Positions 1 through 10,362 of a stretch of DNA of 64,000 bases are shown piece by piece; position 1 is the stretch's first letter, and every line of letters begins with the position of its first letter. The translations under genes and the position numbers were made by a program. The stretch spans positions 14,797-78,796 of the forward strand of contig CAWATP010000007.1 of NCBI GenBank assembly GCA_963784905.1. The letters are read 5' to 3'. This DNA is from an uncultured Actinomycetota bacterium (lineage in GTDB: Bacteria; Actinomycetota; Actinomycetes; S36-B12; UBA5976). A model generated the notes under the pieces. The model saw only the letters and a list, made by a program, of their open reading frames with translations. It made no database searches and was not told the DNA's origin.

Positions 1-1
1 C

Positions 2-523
2 GAGTCGCACCACAAGGTGCATGGCTCCACTGGAGTTGGCCGCATCACGAATGCCAATCCGCGCAAGGGGTTTGTGGGCGACCCCGAGGCCGGCATTTTC
101 GCGCACCCCACCATCGTCGAAGGCGTCGTGCCAGGCGACAAGTTGTATGCGAACGAAACCTTCGGTCCGCTGGTTGGCCTTGGCGTCTTCGACACCTTGG
201 ACGAGGCAATCGAACTGGGCAACGGTCACGGCTTCGGTCTCTCCTGTGCGATCTACACCAATGATCCCAAGAGTGCTTGGCGGTTCCGTCAGGGCATCAG
301 CGCGGGCATGGTGTCGGTGAACAACTCCACATCGGGCGCCGAGGCGCATCTGCCTTTTGGGGGCAACGGCAACAGCGGCAACGGCTCCCGCCAAAGCGGC
401 ATCTGGGTGCTCGACCAGTTCACACGTTGGCAGTCCATGAATTGGGATTACTCGGGCAAGCTGCAGAAGGCGCAGATGGACATCATGGAACTGCCCTACG
501 ACCCCGAGTTCCGTCTGTCATGA
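2..523 (+). CDS. Aldehyde dehydrogenase family protein, C-terminal part (5' end outside window)
   Basis: The frame is open to the window edge. Motifs ETFGPLVG, IYTNDPKSAWRF, GMVSVN and EAHLPFGGNGNSG are typical of the ALDH superfamily C-terminal region. Confidence 0.8.
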   Translation, partial: ESHHKVHGSTGVGRITNANPRKGFVGDPEAGIFAHPTIVEGVVPGDKLYANETFGPLVGLGVFDTLDEAIELGNGHGFGLSCAIYTNDPKSAWRFRQGISAGMVSVNNSTSGAEAHLPFGGNGNSGNGSRQSGIWVLDQFTRWQSMNWDYSGKLQKAQMDIMELPYDPEFRLS

Positions 524-1671
524 GCCGCGTCCCGGAGACCGCCGACGTCGTCATTGTTGGCGGCGGAGTGATGGGTGCATCTGCTGCCTTTCATCTTGCC
601 GAAGCAGGAGTGAAGGTCGTGCTTTTGGAGCGGTCGGATCTGGCGAGTGGCTCGACGGTGAAGGCCGCCGGTGGCGTGCGAGCGAACTTCTCTGACGAGC
701 TCAACATCGCATTAGGCAAGCGTTCGTTGGCGGCGTTCGAGGCGTTCGCGGAAAGACCTGGGCAAGATATCGATTTGCATCAGCCGGGCTACTTGTTCGT
801 GCTGTCGCGGCCCGAGGACGTCGAGCTGTTCAGGGCATCTGTGGCGCTGCAGAACTCCATGGGCATCGACTCACGCATGCTGACACCCGCCGAAGCTAAA
901 GAACTCAGCCCGTACCTCAATATTGATGATCTGCTCGCCGCGGCGTATTCGCCGCGCGATGGGCATTGTGCTCCGGAATCTGTGGTGCTCGGTTACGCGG
1001 CGGGAGCTCGACGTCACGGCGCAACTGTCCTCACGCAAACGGCGGTTACCGGCGTCACCGTTGTCGATGGCGAGATTACGTCGGTGCAGACATCGGACGG
1101 CTCGATCGCCACGGGTGCGGTGATCGACTGCGCTGGAGCATGGTCACCGGAGATCGCACGCATGGTTGGGCTGGAATTGCCGGTCATTCCCTACAAGCGC
1201 GAAATCCTCGTCACCGAGCCGATGTCTGGAGTGCCGGCTGACCTGGCCTTCACAATCGACTACGCCACCTCGTTCTACTTCCATCGCGAGGGCGAAGGTT
1301 TGCTGATGGGCTTCAGTGACCAGAGCAATCCGGCAGGCTTTGATTTGTCGCGCAGCGAGTCCTTTCTTGAAGGCCTTGCCGAACTGGCCATGCACCGCGC
1401 GCCCGATGTGCTGGATGCAGGGGTACGTACTGGTTGGGCCGGGCTCTACGAAGTGACCCCAGATCACAATGCACTCTTGGGCGAGTGGACGGGTGTTTCG
1501 CGCTTTCTCTACGCCACTGGTTTCAGCGGCCACGGTTTCCTACAAGGCCCGGCGGTTGGAGAGATCCTGCGCGATCTGTACCTGCGCAATCAGACCTTCA
1601 TTGACGTGAGCCCGCTGCGCGTCGAGCGCTTTGCCGACGGCGAACTCCGGCCAGAGCGCAACATCGTCTGA
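520..1671 (+). CDS. FAD-dependent oxidoreductase (DAO family, sarcosine/glycine oxidase beta-like)
   Basis: The Rossmann motif VVIVGGGVMGASAAFHLAEAG begins right after an ATGA stop/start overlap with the upstream ALDH. A C-terminal GFSGHGF motif is present. The track ORF (277) is trimmed to ATG 520. Confidence 0.8.
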   Translation: MSRVPETADVVIVGGGVMGASAAFHLAEAGVKVVLLERSDLASGSTVKAAGGVRANFSDELNIALGKRSLAAFEAFAERPGQDIDLHQPGYLFVLSRPEDVELFRASVALQNSMGIDSRMLTPAEAKELSPYLNIDDLLAAAYSPRDGHCAPESVVLGYAAGARRHGATVLTQTAVTGVTVVDGEITSVQTSDGSIATGAVIDCAGAWSPEIARMVGLELPVIPYKREILVTEPMSGVPADLAFTIDYATSFYFHREGEGLLMGFSDQSNPAGFDLSRSESFLEGLAELAMHRAPDVLDAGVRTGWAGLYEVTPDHNALLGEWTGVSRFLYATGFSGHGFLQGPAVGEILRDLYLRNQTFIDVSPLRVERFADGELRPERNIV

Positions 1672-1800
1672 CGCCGGACGGTCGCTGCGGTGCGATTGTC
1701 GAAAGTGCACCGCGCTCTGGCGCGCTTTCCGACCCACGCCGGTGCGCCGGTTGTCGCACATGCCTAGCGTTTGGAACATGGGTGAACTTGGGGGTCGGGC

Positions 1801-2913
1801 ATGACGCAGAGCCTGCAGCAATTACGCGAACTCGGTGTGGCGATTTGGCTTGATGATCTGAGTCGTGCGCGGCTCGACTCTGGCAACTTGGAACATTTGA
1901 TTGCCGAGCGCAGTGTGCAGGGCGTCACGACCAATCCAGCGATCTTCGAGAAGGCAATATCCCAAGGTGCACCGGCGTACTTCGAGGACCTGCGAGCCTT
2001 CGCCAGTGAGGGTCTGGACGTCGACGAAATCATTCGTCGGTTGACCACTGACGATGTTCGTCGCGCCTGTGATGTGCTGATGCCGGTGTGGAAGGAATCA
2101 CGCGGCGCTGATGGGCGCGTTTCGATCGAGGTCGATCCCCGGCTTGCCCATGACACGGCACAGACGGTGTTGCAGGGCAAGGAATTATGGGCTGTGGTGA
2201 ACCGACCCAACGCCATGATCAAAGTGCCTGCCACAGACGCTGGCCTACCTGCAATCACCGAACTCATTGGCGCCGGTATTTGTGTGAATGTCACGCTCAT
2301 CTTCTCCGTTGAGCGCTATCGCGAGGTGACGCGCGCCTACAAGGCCGGACTCACCATGGCACTCAACCGGGGCCTAGATCTTGGCCCGATCCGTTCCGTT
2401 GCGTCTGTCTTCGTCAGTCGTATCGACACGGCCGTGGATCCATTGCTGGAGGGCATCGGCACAGAAAAGGCCTTGGCAATGCTGGGTTCTGCCGCAATCG
2501 CTAATTCGCGGCTGGTCTGGGAGGCATTCCTGGAATCACGCAGGACTGCTTCGTGGTCGGAGATGCAAGACATGGGAGCGCACAAGCAGCGGCCGTTGTG
2601 GGCGTCAACTGGTGTCAAAGATCCTCGCTTCGACGACACTCGATACGTCATGCAGTTGGCGGTGGCAGATTCGGTAAACACCGTGCCCGAGGCCACCTTG
2701 GAAGCGGTTCACGACCACGGTGTATTCATCGGTGATGCAGTGACGGAAAACATCGCGGAGGCGCATCTCGTGTGGGAGGCGCTGGAGTCACTCGGGATTT
2801 CCCGCCAGGCCGTTTGTGCGCAGCTTGAAACCGACGGGGTCCGCCTCTTCACCGAGGCATGGGAGCGTCTGCGCGCCACGGTTGCTTCCGCTGTGGTAGG
2901 TGCGGCGGTCTGA
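1801..2913 (+). CDS. tal: Transaldolase
   Basis: 370 aa with GVAIWLDDLSR, VTTNPAIFEKAI and MIKVPAT motifs of the long actinobacterial-type transaldolase. Confidence 0.9.
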   Translation: MTQSLQQLRELGVAIWLDDLSRARLDSGNLEHLIAERSVQGVTTNPAIFEKAISQGAPAYFEDLRAFASEGLDVDEIIRRLTTDDVRRACDVLMPVWKESRGADGRVSIEVDPRLAHDTAQTVLQGKELWAVVNRPNAMIKVPATDAGLPAITELIGAGICVNVTLIFSVERYREVTRAYKAGLTMALNRGLDLGPIRSVASVFVSRIDTAVDPLLEGIGTEKALAMLGSAAIANSRLVWEAFLESRRTASWSEMQDMGAHKQRPLWASTGVKDPRFDDTRYVMQLAVADSVNTVPEATLEAVHDHGVFIGDAVTENIAEAHLVWEALESLGISRQAVCAQLETDGVRLFTEAWERLRATVASAVVGAAV

Positions 2914-2915
2914 CG

Positions 2916-4004
2916 TCAGTTGAGGGTGTGGGCACCTTGGGCGGGGGTCACGTCGTAAAAGTCGGGCAGTTTCCAGTTGCGTGCCGCGTATGACGCGGTG
3001 ACGGCTGCGCGCACTGCCGCAACCATCGAAGATGGCACCAGTGCGATGGCGCTGCCGCCGAAGCCACCGCCTACCATGCGGGCACCCAGGGCTCCGCCTT
3101 CGAGTGCCGCGGCAACCGCCACGTCGAGTTCGTCGCAGCTCACTTCCAGATCATCGCGCAATGATGCATGGCTCGCCGTCAGGAGAGGGCCGACTTCGGC
3201 AATAACTCCGGCATCGAGCAACGCCACGGTTTGCAGTACGCGCGCGTTCTCGGTCACCACATGACGGGCGCGACGACGAAGTACATCGTCCTTCAACGAC
3301 GCAACATCCGCAGCAACAGTCACGTCGCGCAGCGAAGAAACGTTCAGCAGGCGAGTGGCAGACTCTAAGGCCCGTCGTCGTTCACCGTACTCATCGGTGA
3401 CAAGTTGATGGTGTACATGGGTATCGATAACCAGCAGCCGTAAATCGTGTTGGTGCAAGGGGAACGGCACGTTGCGTGTGGTGTCTTCGCCTGTGTCGAA
3501 GAACAGCAACGAGTCTTGCTGCGCGAGCATTGAGGCGACCTGATCCATGGAGCCCGTCGGCGCACCGACGAATTCGTTTTCCGCCTTCTTCGCAACGCGG
3601 GCGACCTCGCGCGGATCCATCGAGGCACCGGCGAGAGCGAGCAGCGCCAACGCCACAGCACACTCCACGGCAGCCGAAGAGGATAGGCCGGCCCCTGCCG
3701 GCAGGGTCGACTCAATATAGATATCAACGCCAGGAATCGCGATACCGGATTCGCGGAGAGCCCAAGCCGTTCCGATCACATATGCGGCCCAGCCGGTGAC
3801 GTCACCCGGTTGGACACTGCGCACGTCGGCTTCCGCCGGATCGCCGGGTTTAGCGCTCGACGAGGCAGTCACGAGTGTGTCGTCTCGGCGAGTGACGTGG
3901 CAGGTGACGCCCATGTCGACGGCCATGGGGAGGACGAAGCCGCCTGTGTAGTCGGTGTGTTCGCCGATGAGGTTCACACGGCCCGGAGCGTATGCGGTGG
4001 TCAT
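2916..4004 (-). CDS. galK: Galactokinase
   Basis: Galactokinase signature GRVNLIGEHTDYTGG and GHMP-kinase loop PAGAGLSSSAA. It overlaps the galT stop by 4 nt. Confidence 0.9.
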   Translation of the reverse strand: MTTAYAPGRVNLIGEHTDYTGGFVLPMAVDMGVTCHVTRRDDTLVTASSSAKPGDPAEADVRSVQPGDVTGWAAYVIGTAWALRESGIAIPGVDIYIESTLPAGAGLSSSAAVECAVALALLALAGASMDPREVARVAKKAENEFVGAPTGSMDQVASMLAQQDSLLFFDTGEDTTRNVPFPLHQHDLRLLVIDTHVHHQLVTDEYGERRRALESATRLLNVSSLRDVTVAADVASLKDDVLRRRARHVVTENARVLQTVALLDAGVIAEVGPLLTASHASLRDDLEVSCDELDVAVAAALEGGALGARMVGGGFGGSAIALVPSSMVAAVRAAVTASYAARNWKLPDFYDVTPAQGAHTLN

Positions 4005-5101
4005 GCACTGACCTCATTCCAGGCGTCGCGGAGCTGCTGTGCGGACTGCTCGGGCGGGACGTCACTGATGAAAGCCCACATCGACATCTCCGAGCCCGCG
4101 GGGAACTTCAGCTTGTTAAGTGCCCGTCGATTCGACTGCAGTTGCAGGTGCAGGGTGAGCTCCTCGCGCTCTTCGCTCGGACCATTGCTTGGTGCCTGGA
4201 ACCAGCCGGCCACGTACGGCATAGGAACCCCCAGCAGTGCGTCGAAGGCGCGAAGCAGCCGTGGGTATGCCTCGGCGAGTTCGGCGGCTTCGTCGTCGTG
4301 AAGTTCGGTGAAGTCACGCACCGGCCTTTTCGGATGCAATTGCGCCTCAAAGGGCCAGCGCGCGGCGTACGGAACGAAGCACACCCAGTGGGCCGTCTCA
4401 AACACGACCCTACGGCCGTCGGCCAATTCGAATGCGATGACATCGGCGATCAGGTTGCGTCCCGATTTCGCACGGTGCTGACGTGCTTGTTCCAACAGTC
4501 GAGCCATACGGGGTGGCAGGTACGGGTAGCCATAAATCTGCCCATGTGGGTGATGCAGGGTGACGCCGATCTCTTCCCCGCGGTTCTCGAACGGGAAGAC
4601 TTGCCGGACGTACGGCAGTGCGCTTAGCACTCGTGTGCGATCTGCCCACGCCTCAATCACAAGTCGTGTGTGTGCAGGAGTTAATGCCGCAAAGCTTCCA
4701 CTGTGATCGGCGGCGAAGCAGACGACCTCACAGCGACCTGCTGCAGGTCCGGTCGCGCCGATTTCGGTTGGCGGCAGTGCCCACTCGCCTTCAGGGGAGC
4801 GCAACGACGGGAAACGGTTCTCGAATACGGCGACGTCGTATGAAGACTCAGGTATCTCTGAGAGCCGTCCCTCAACCGTGGGGCACAGCGGGCACTCGCT
4901 CGCCGAGGGCAAGTGGGTGCGCGTTTGCCGGTGCCCTGCAATGGCAATCCACTCGCCGGTGAATGCGTCATAGCGCAGGTTGCCGATGGCGGCCCCGCCT
5001 TCCAGCCCACGCTGATCTATGGCGTTTCGCATGGGCGCATCATCGCGATCGAAGTAGATGATCTCCCGACCATCGCTGAGCTGCCGAGCGGTCCTACGCA
5101 T
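4001..5101 (-). CDS. galT: Galactose-1-phosphate uridylyltransferase
   Basis: HPHGQIYGYPYLPP catalytic His motif and CPLCP zinc-site region. Start ATG 5101 (MRRTARQL) is preferred; the track start 5125 is also possible. Confidence 0.85.
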   Translation of the reverse strand: MRRTARQLSDGREIIYFDRDDAPMRNAIDQRGLEGGAAIGNLRYDAFTGEWIAIAGHRQTRTHLPSASECPLCPTVEGRLSEIPESSYDVAVFENRFPSLRSPEGEWALPPTEIGATGPAAGRCEVVCFAADHSGSFAALTPAHTRLVIEAWADRTRVLSALPYVRQVFPFENRGEEIGVTLHHPHGQIYGYPYLPPRMARLLEQARQHRAKSGRNLIADVIAFELADGRRVVFETAHWVCFVPYAARWPFEAQLHPKRPVRDFTELHDDEAAELAEAYPRLLRAFDALLGVPMPYVAGWFQAPSNGPSEEREELTLHLQLQSNRRALNKLKFPAGSEMSMWAFISDVPPEQSAQQLRDAWNEVSA

Positions 5102-5897
5102 GGGGATCCTGTTCTGTTGGGGCAACGATCAACCGGTCGACTTGAGCGGTGAGCGCACGTTGTGCCGGTGCCGCAAGCGCGTTGTCGATGATGACGCACG
5201 TGGCCTCACTCAGCGTTGCAATTCGTGCGAGCCCGACCTCGCCCCACTTGCTGCTGTCGGCAACGACCACCAATTGACGGGAACTCTCGGCGAAGGCGCG
5301 GTTGGTGTCTGCCTCCAACACATTTGGGGTGGTAAATCCTGCATGTTCGTCCATGCCGTGCACGCCCATAAAGCAGATATCAAGATTCAAACGTCGCACT
5401 GCGTCGACCGCCATTGGTCCAACCAGCGCATCCGACGGTGTGCGGCTGCCGCCGGTGACGATGACGGCGATCTCCGACGCCATTGTGTCGTGGAAGACCT
5501 CCGCGACGCGGATGGAGTTGGTGACGACGGTGATACCGCGAAGTCCGAGGAGTTGCTGCGCCACGTGGAAGGTGGTGGTGCCCGCCGTCAAACCGACGGT
5601 GGCTCCCGGTTTAACGAGTCGAGCGGCCTCGCGGGCGATGGCCAATTTTGCGGGTGCGGCCAGCGATGACTTAGCGGTGAACCCCGGCTCGCGTCCGCTG
5701 CCGGCGCGGGGTGGGGTGGCGCCGCCGTGCACTTTGTGGAGTTGCCCGAGTGCATCGAGGTTGTCGAGGTCCCGCCGTACCGTCATTTCCGAAACTCGCA
5801 GTGCCTGGGCAAGTCCGGCAACTGTGACAACGCCGTCACGTTCGAGGTGTTCCAGAATCATCTCCCGGCGTTGCACTGCCAGCATGCGGACTCCCAT
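5094..5897 (-). CDS. DeoR-family transcriptional regulator
   Basis: HTH LAQALRVSEMTVRRDLDNL plus a DeoR C-terminal sugar-phosphate sensor domain. The long N-terminal extension of the track ORF is trimmed to ATG 5897 (alternative 5885). Confidence 0.8.
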   Translation of the reverse strand: MGVRMLAVQRREMILEHLERDGVVTVAGLAQALRVSEMTVRRDLDNLDALGQLHKVHGGATPPRAGSGREPGFTAKSSLAAPAKLAIAREAARLVKPGATVGLTAGTTTFHVAQQLLGLRGITVVTNSIRVAEVFHDTMASEIAVIVTGGSRTPSDALVGPMAVDAVRRLNLDICFMGVHGMDEHAGFTTPNVLEADTNRAFAESSRQLVVVADSSKWGEVGLARIATLSEATCVIIDNALAAPAQRALTAQVDRLIVAPTEQDPHA

Positions 5898-5980
5898 CGC
5901 GATACGCACATAATCGCACATAATCGGACGACTTTGCAATGTAACGGCGGTTGGCTCGTGGTCTGGGTGTGCAACAGGGA

Positions 5981-7294
5981 ATGATGGCGCTTGTGAGCAC
6001 TCCCTCGTCGGCATCCGATCCCAGCGCCTTTCTCCGCGGCTACACATCATCACGTCCCGTGGAACCTCCGCTGCCACCGCAGGAGCGAGCTCGTGCGATT
6101 GATGCTGAGTTCGCAGCACTCGATCGCCGCGGTGTTTTTGAACTGCCCGCGGGCGTGCTGTATTTCGACGGCAACTCCTTAGGCGCCATGCCGCGTTCGG
6201 CGCGCGAGGCTGCGGAGACTGCGGTGCGTGAGGAGTGGGGCAATGGCCTCATTCGCTCGTGGAACACCGCCGATTGGATCAGTCTGCCCAAGCGTGTCGG
6301 CGATGGCATTGGCGCGCTGATCGGTGCCCCGCCTGGCTCTGTGCTGGCGGCCGACAGCACATCACTCAACCTCTACAAGGCGTTGCGCTCAGCCATGCAA
6401 CTCAACGGGGCTCGCAATGTCATCGTCACCGATAGTGACAACTTCCCGACCGACCTTTATGTCGTCGATGCGGTTGCGCAGCAACGCGGTGCAGAAGTGC
6501 GCGCTGTCACTCGAGGGGCGATCTGGTCGATGCTGGATCGCGATACCTCAGTGCTGACACTCACGCATGTCGATTACCGCACGTCGGAGATGGCGGACAT
6601 GCGCGCCCTCACGCAGGCCGCGCACGATGTTGGCGCATTGGTGTGCTGGGATCTGGCGCACAGCGCCGGCGCAGTACCGCTTGATCTGCTTGCCGCAGAC
6701 ATCGACTTTGCCGTGGGCTGCGGCTACAAGTTCCTCAACGGTGGTCCCGGGGCGCCTGCCTTTGTCTATGTGGCACCGCGACTCCTCGAAGACGTGAAGC
6801 AACCCCTTCACGGATGGATGGGCCACGCCAAGCCTTTCGCATTCAGCCGTCACTACGAGGCGGCACCTGGTGTGGAGCGCTTTGCCGTGGGCACTCCGCC
6901 GGTGCTCGGACTTCGCTCATTGCTTGGTGCGCTCGAGGCCTTCGACGGCATTGATCTCACTCGGCTGCACGCAAAGAGCGTCGCCATGGCTGGTCTCTTC
7001 CACGACCTCGCGGATGCCGTGCTCGTAGATCGTGGATTCACCGTGTATTCACATAGGAATTCGGCGACTCGAGGTTCCCACGTGGCACTCGCACACGAGA
7101 ACGGCTATGCAATTGTGCAAGCGCTCAGTGCACGGGGAATCATCGGAGATTTTCGACGTCCCAATGTGCTGCGGTTCGGCCTTGCGCCGCTCTACAACAG
7201 TGCCGCAGATGTTCTCGCACTCGTCTACGCACTCGTCGACGTTTTCGACACACACGAGTTTCGCAAGTTCGGATCCGAGTCTGCTGTCATCTGA
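5981..7294 (+). CDS. kynU: Kynureninase (PLP-dependent)
   Basis: Motifs LYFDGNSLG, DLAHSAG and GCGYKFLNGGPGAPAF match kynureninase. The start is uncertain (5951 or 5981). Confidence 0.8.
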   Translation: MMALVSTPSSASDPSAFLRGYTSSRPVEPPLPPQERARAIDAEFAALDRRGVFELPAGVLYFDGNSLGAMPRSAREAAETAVREEWGNGLIRSWNTADWISLPKRVGDGIGALIGAPPGSVLAADSTSLNLYKALRSAMQLNGARNVIVTDSDNFPTDLYVVDAVAQQRGAEVRAVTRGAIWSMLDRDTSVLTLTHVDYRTSEMADMRALTQAAHDVGALVCWDLAHSAGAVPLDLLAADIDFAVGCGYKFLNGGPGAPAFVYVAPRLLEDVKQPLHGWMGHAKPFAFSRHYEAAPGVERFAVGTPPVLGLRSLLGALEAFDGIDLTRLHAKSVAMAGLFHDLADAVLVDRGFTVYSHRNSATRGSHVALAHENGYAIVQALSARGIIGDFRRPNVLRFGLAPLYNSAADVLALVYALVDVFDTHEFRKFGSESAVI

Positions 7295-7304
7295 GGCACA
7301 GCCA

Positions 7305-9431
7305 CTAGATCGCGCTGATCTCGATAATTGTGGCCTGCTCCACGGCGAGGATGGGTGGCTGGATACCGACCTCAGCCAGGACTCGTCCGGTGAGTTCGAT
7401 GCCTTCGCTGATCCAGCGCGGGAGGCCGATCTGCCAATAGTGCGGCGGTCCGGCCGGTTGGACTTCGATGACGCGGTAGCGCCGGTCGGGATCGAGCCCC
7501 GGGAAGCAAAGCGGCGCCGGTCGTGACGCCTTGCTGACGCCTTCCTGGACGAAGGAGAAGATGGCCCGCGATTGGTCGGGTGCCACAACGCCGTGCAGAC
7601 TCGAGGCCTCACCGTCATGATCCACACGCACCATCCGACCGCTATGCAAGAGCGATCGATTGGTTTTGTAGTAGGCGATCCAGGACGTGAGCAGTGCGCG
7701 CTCCTCCGGCGTCGTCTCGGTGATATCCCACTCCAGCCCAGCATGGCCGAAGAGTGCGGTCACGGCGCGGAAGCCGAGGTCGAGCGAACGGCCTGTTGTG
7801 TGGGAGCGCATCGGCCCAATATGCGCGTCAACCAGTTCCGGCGGCAGCACCTGCGCGGTCCATCGCTGGATGCGTTGTCGTTCAAGGGCCTCATTGCAAT
7901 CCGATGCGTGCACTCGGTCGGTGCGTTCGAGAATGCCGAGGTCAATGCGGCCGCCACCCGATGCGCACGACTCGATCTCGAGACCAGGGTGACGGCGTTT
8001 GAGTTCATCGATGAGTCGGTACAGGGCAAGGGTTTGCGTGCGGACACCAGCGCGCCCGTTGTGGCCGGGATCCGTCAGCGGACGGTTGTGGTCCCACTTG
8101 AGAAACGTGATCGACGGATGCCTGGTGAGCACCGCATCAATCTGTCCGAGCACGTGTTGGAAAGCGCCCTCATGGGCGAGGTCGAGCACTTGCTGGTAGC
8201 GCCATTCCGGTGGAGTGCGATCGCCAACGTGCAGAATCCACTCGGGATGTGCGCGGAAGAGGTCGGAATCGGGATTCACCATCTCCGGTTCGAACCACAG
8301 ACCAAATTCAAGACCGCGGGCTTCCAGTGCCGTGGCCAGCACCTCTAGGCCTTGTGGCCACGCTTCATCCGACACAACCCAGTCGCCGAGTCCTGCGCGG
8401 TCATCGCGCCGAGCACCGAACCATCCGTCATCGAGGACGAAACGCTCGACGCCGATCTCGGCGCAGACGTCTGCGAGTTGTTCCAGTTTGTCGAAGCGAT
8501 GATCCATGTAGACGGCTTCCCACACGTTGATGGTGAGCGGCCGAGGCCGTTGCGGATGCTGCGGTCGCGCGCGCAGGTAATCGTGGAAGCGCGCTGCCAC
8601 GCCATCAAGCCCAGCGTCGCTGTAGACCGCGAACACCTCGGGCATGGCATACGAGTCTCCAGCAGCCAAGATGACTTCGCCAGGAAGGAGGAGTTCTCCG
8701 GCTCCAACCTTGGCGGTGCCATCGGGCAACTTCTCCACGAAGTAACGCGAATTGCCCGACCAAGCCAACGAAAGACCCCACACTTCGCCGCGTTGAAACG
8801 AGACCGCTGCCGACCGCGCCATGAACAGCATGGTGCTGTCGTGTCCGGTGCGACCTTCGCGAATCTCGCGCATGTAGATGCCGCCCGTGATCGGTTGTAC
8901 TTGTGGGTGGAACTCACGACTCCAATTGCCCGTGAAGTCCATGATGTCAACCGCGTGTGCAGGCAGCGGTAGTGCCACGTTCAGGTCATCGACAACGTAT
9001 CCGTCGGCACCAAGATTGGTGAGCGTGTGCTGCACGCGAAGGACGCCGTGCGGAGACATGCGCAAAGTCGTGACCAGGCGTAGTTGCGCATCCGCCTCTA
9101 TTGAGGTGACGCTGATGGAACTCTGGTCGTACGCGACGGACTCAAGCGCGAACAGCGGCGAGAACGCGCTGCCATTGCGGTGACCCGAAACGGCGGGGAT
9201 GCCGTAGTAGCCCTCGGCGACGTTGTAGGTGAGTGTGGGAGAAAGCGGTTCATCGAAGGCGGAGTGCCCTTGGCCCTGCGATGCCGCAACTCGCATGGCG
9301 ACGATGTCCGACTCCTGCAGATTGCCGAGGTCGCGACCCCAGTGCAACACACGTGGCGTACGGGGACCTGCCCAATCGAGGACGAAAGCAACGTCGGCTG
9401 CGCGCAGAATTGTGAAAGTCTGTTCGGACAT
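7305..9431 (-). CDS. Alpha-galactosidase, GH36
   Basis: 708 aa with FVLDDGWFGARRDD, KWDHNR and ESCASGGGR motifs of GH36 (AgaA/RafA-like). Confidence 0.85.
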   Translation of the reverse strand: MSEQTFTILRAADVAFVLDWAGPRTPRVLHWGRDLGNLQESDIVAMRVAASQGQGHSAFDEPLSPTLTYNVAEGYYGIPAVSGHRNGSAFSPLFALESVAYDQSSISVTSIEADAQLRLVTTLRMSPHGVLRVQHTLTNLGADGYVVDDLNVALPLPAHAVDIMDFTGNWSREFHPQVQPITGGIYMREIREGRTGHDSTMLFMARSAAVSFQRGEVWGLSLAWSGNSRYFVEKLPDGTAKVGAGELLLPGEVILAAGDSYAMPEVFAVYSDAGLDGVAARFHDYLRARPQHPQRPRPLTINVWEAVYMDHRFDKLEQLADVCAEIGVERFVLDDGWFGARRDDRAGLGDWVVSDEAWPQGLEVLATALEARGLEFGLWFEPEMVNPDSDLFRAHPEWILHVGDRTPPEWRYQQVLDLAHEGAFQHVLGQIDAVLTRHPSITFLKWDHNRPLTDPGHNGRAGVRTQTLALYRLIDELKRRHPGLEIESCASGGGRIDLGILERTDRVHASDCNEALERQRIQRWTAQVLPPELVDAHIGPMRSHTTGRSLDLGFRAVTALFGHAGLEWDITETTPEERALLTSWIAYYKTNRSLLHSGRMVRVDHDGEASSLHGVVAPDQSRAIFSFVQEGVSKASRPAPLCFPGLDPDRRYRVIEVQPAGPPHYWQIGLPRWISEGIELTGRVLAEVGIQPPILAVEQATIIEISAI

Positions 9432-9497
9432 GTGCTAATTATTGCGTATCGGAATGAGGCGACGGCAATGCCCGCCTTGCGGTAGGGCGTTCAGCGG

Positions 9498-10358
9498 TCA
9501 GGCGGGTCGAGGCCGCCCCGGGTTGGCTCGGTCGTGGGTGGCCAAGAGCGCCTGGATCATGGCGGGAAAATCAGCATCGAGCACGATGTCGAAATGATCC
9601 TTGCCCGGCACCGCTTGGGCACGCATCCAGAGCCGTTGTGCCATGGCCTCGGACTGCAACCGGAACTGCTCAGATTCCATCTCGCCGTACAGCACATAGC
9701 CCGAGATGGTCGGTGGGTAGGGGAGTCGGACTGGGCTCAGTTGCCACGCGCGATCTTCATCGAGACCCAGCACGTCATTGATGTCCGTGGACACAATTGG
9801 TCGCAGGTCGTAAACGCCGGAGAAGAGGAGAACTGAGTGGATGAGTGACGGACGCGCGGACGCGACCATGGCGGCAAGGTGCGCACCTGCAGAATGACCA
9901 GCGATGATGATGGGGGCGGGAGTCAGCGTGGCAATAGCCTGCACTGACGCAATGCACTCTTGCACCATCTGCTCAAGCGTGGCTTCGGGTGCGATGGTGT
10001 AGTCGACAGCGGCATAGTTGTAGCCGGCCTCGAGACACTGCTCAGCATGGTGCATGGAGTCAGTGGCGTTGCCACCTTGCCAGTACCCACCGTGGATCCA
10101 CACCAGATTGGCCTTGGGCTTTTCTGTGCGTGCGAGCAACATGCGATGGGTGTTCTGACGTACGCAGGCCACACCGATCGAGGCGCTATCGCGGGCGCTC
10201 TCCAACGCAAAGTCCCGCTGGTAGGCGTCCCAAGTGCGCTTCGACCAGGCACTGGGGCTGTATTCGTAGTCCAGCTTCGCGGCGTCGAACTCGCGCCAGC
10301 CGTCGCCGATTCCGTTCATCACCAGTGCCTCCGATCCGTCGGCAATCAGCGCGGCCAA
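9498..10358 (-). CDS. Alpha/beta hydrolase, arylformamidase (kynurenine formamidase, AFMID/Bna7-type)-like
   Basis: WIHGGYWQGG oxyanion motif and AGHSAGAHL nucleophile elbow, as in AFMID-type formamidases. The start is uncertain (10358 or internal ATG 10319). Confidence 0.6.
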   Translation of the reverse strand: MAALIADGSEALVMNGIGDGWREFDAAKLDYEYSPSAWSKRTWDAYQRDFALESARDSASIGVACVRQNTHRMLLARTEKPKANLVWIHGGYWQGGNATDSMHHAEQCLEAGYNYAAVDYTIAPEATLEQMVQECIASVQAIATLTPAPIIIAGHSAGAHLAAMVASARPSLIHSVLLFSGVYDLRPIVSTDINDVLGLDEDRAWQLSPVRLPYPPTISGYVLYGEMESEQFRLQSEAMAQRLWMRAQAVPGKDHFDIVLDADFPAMIQALLATHDRANPGRPRPA

Positions 10359-10362
10359 CCTG

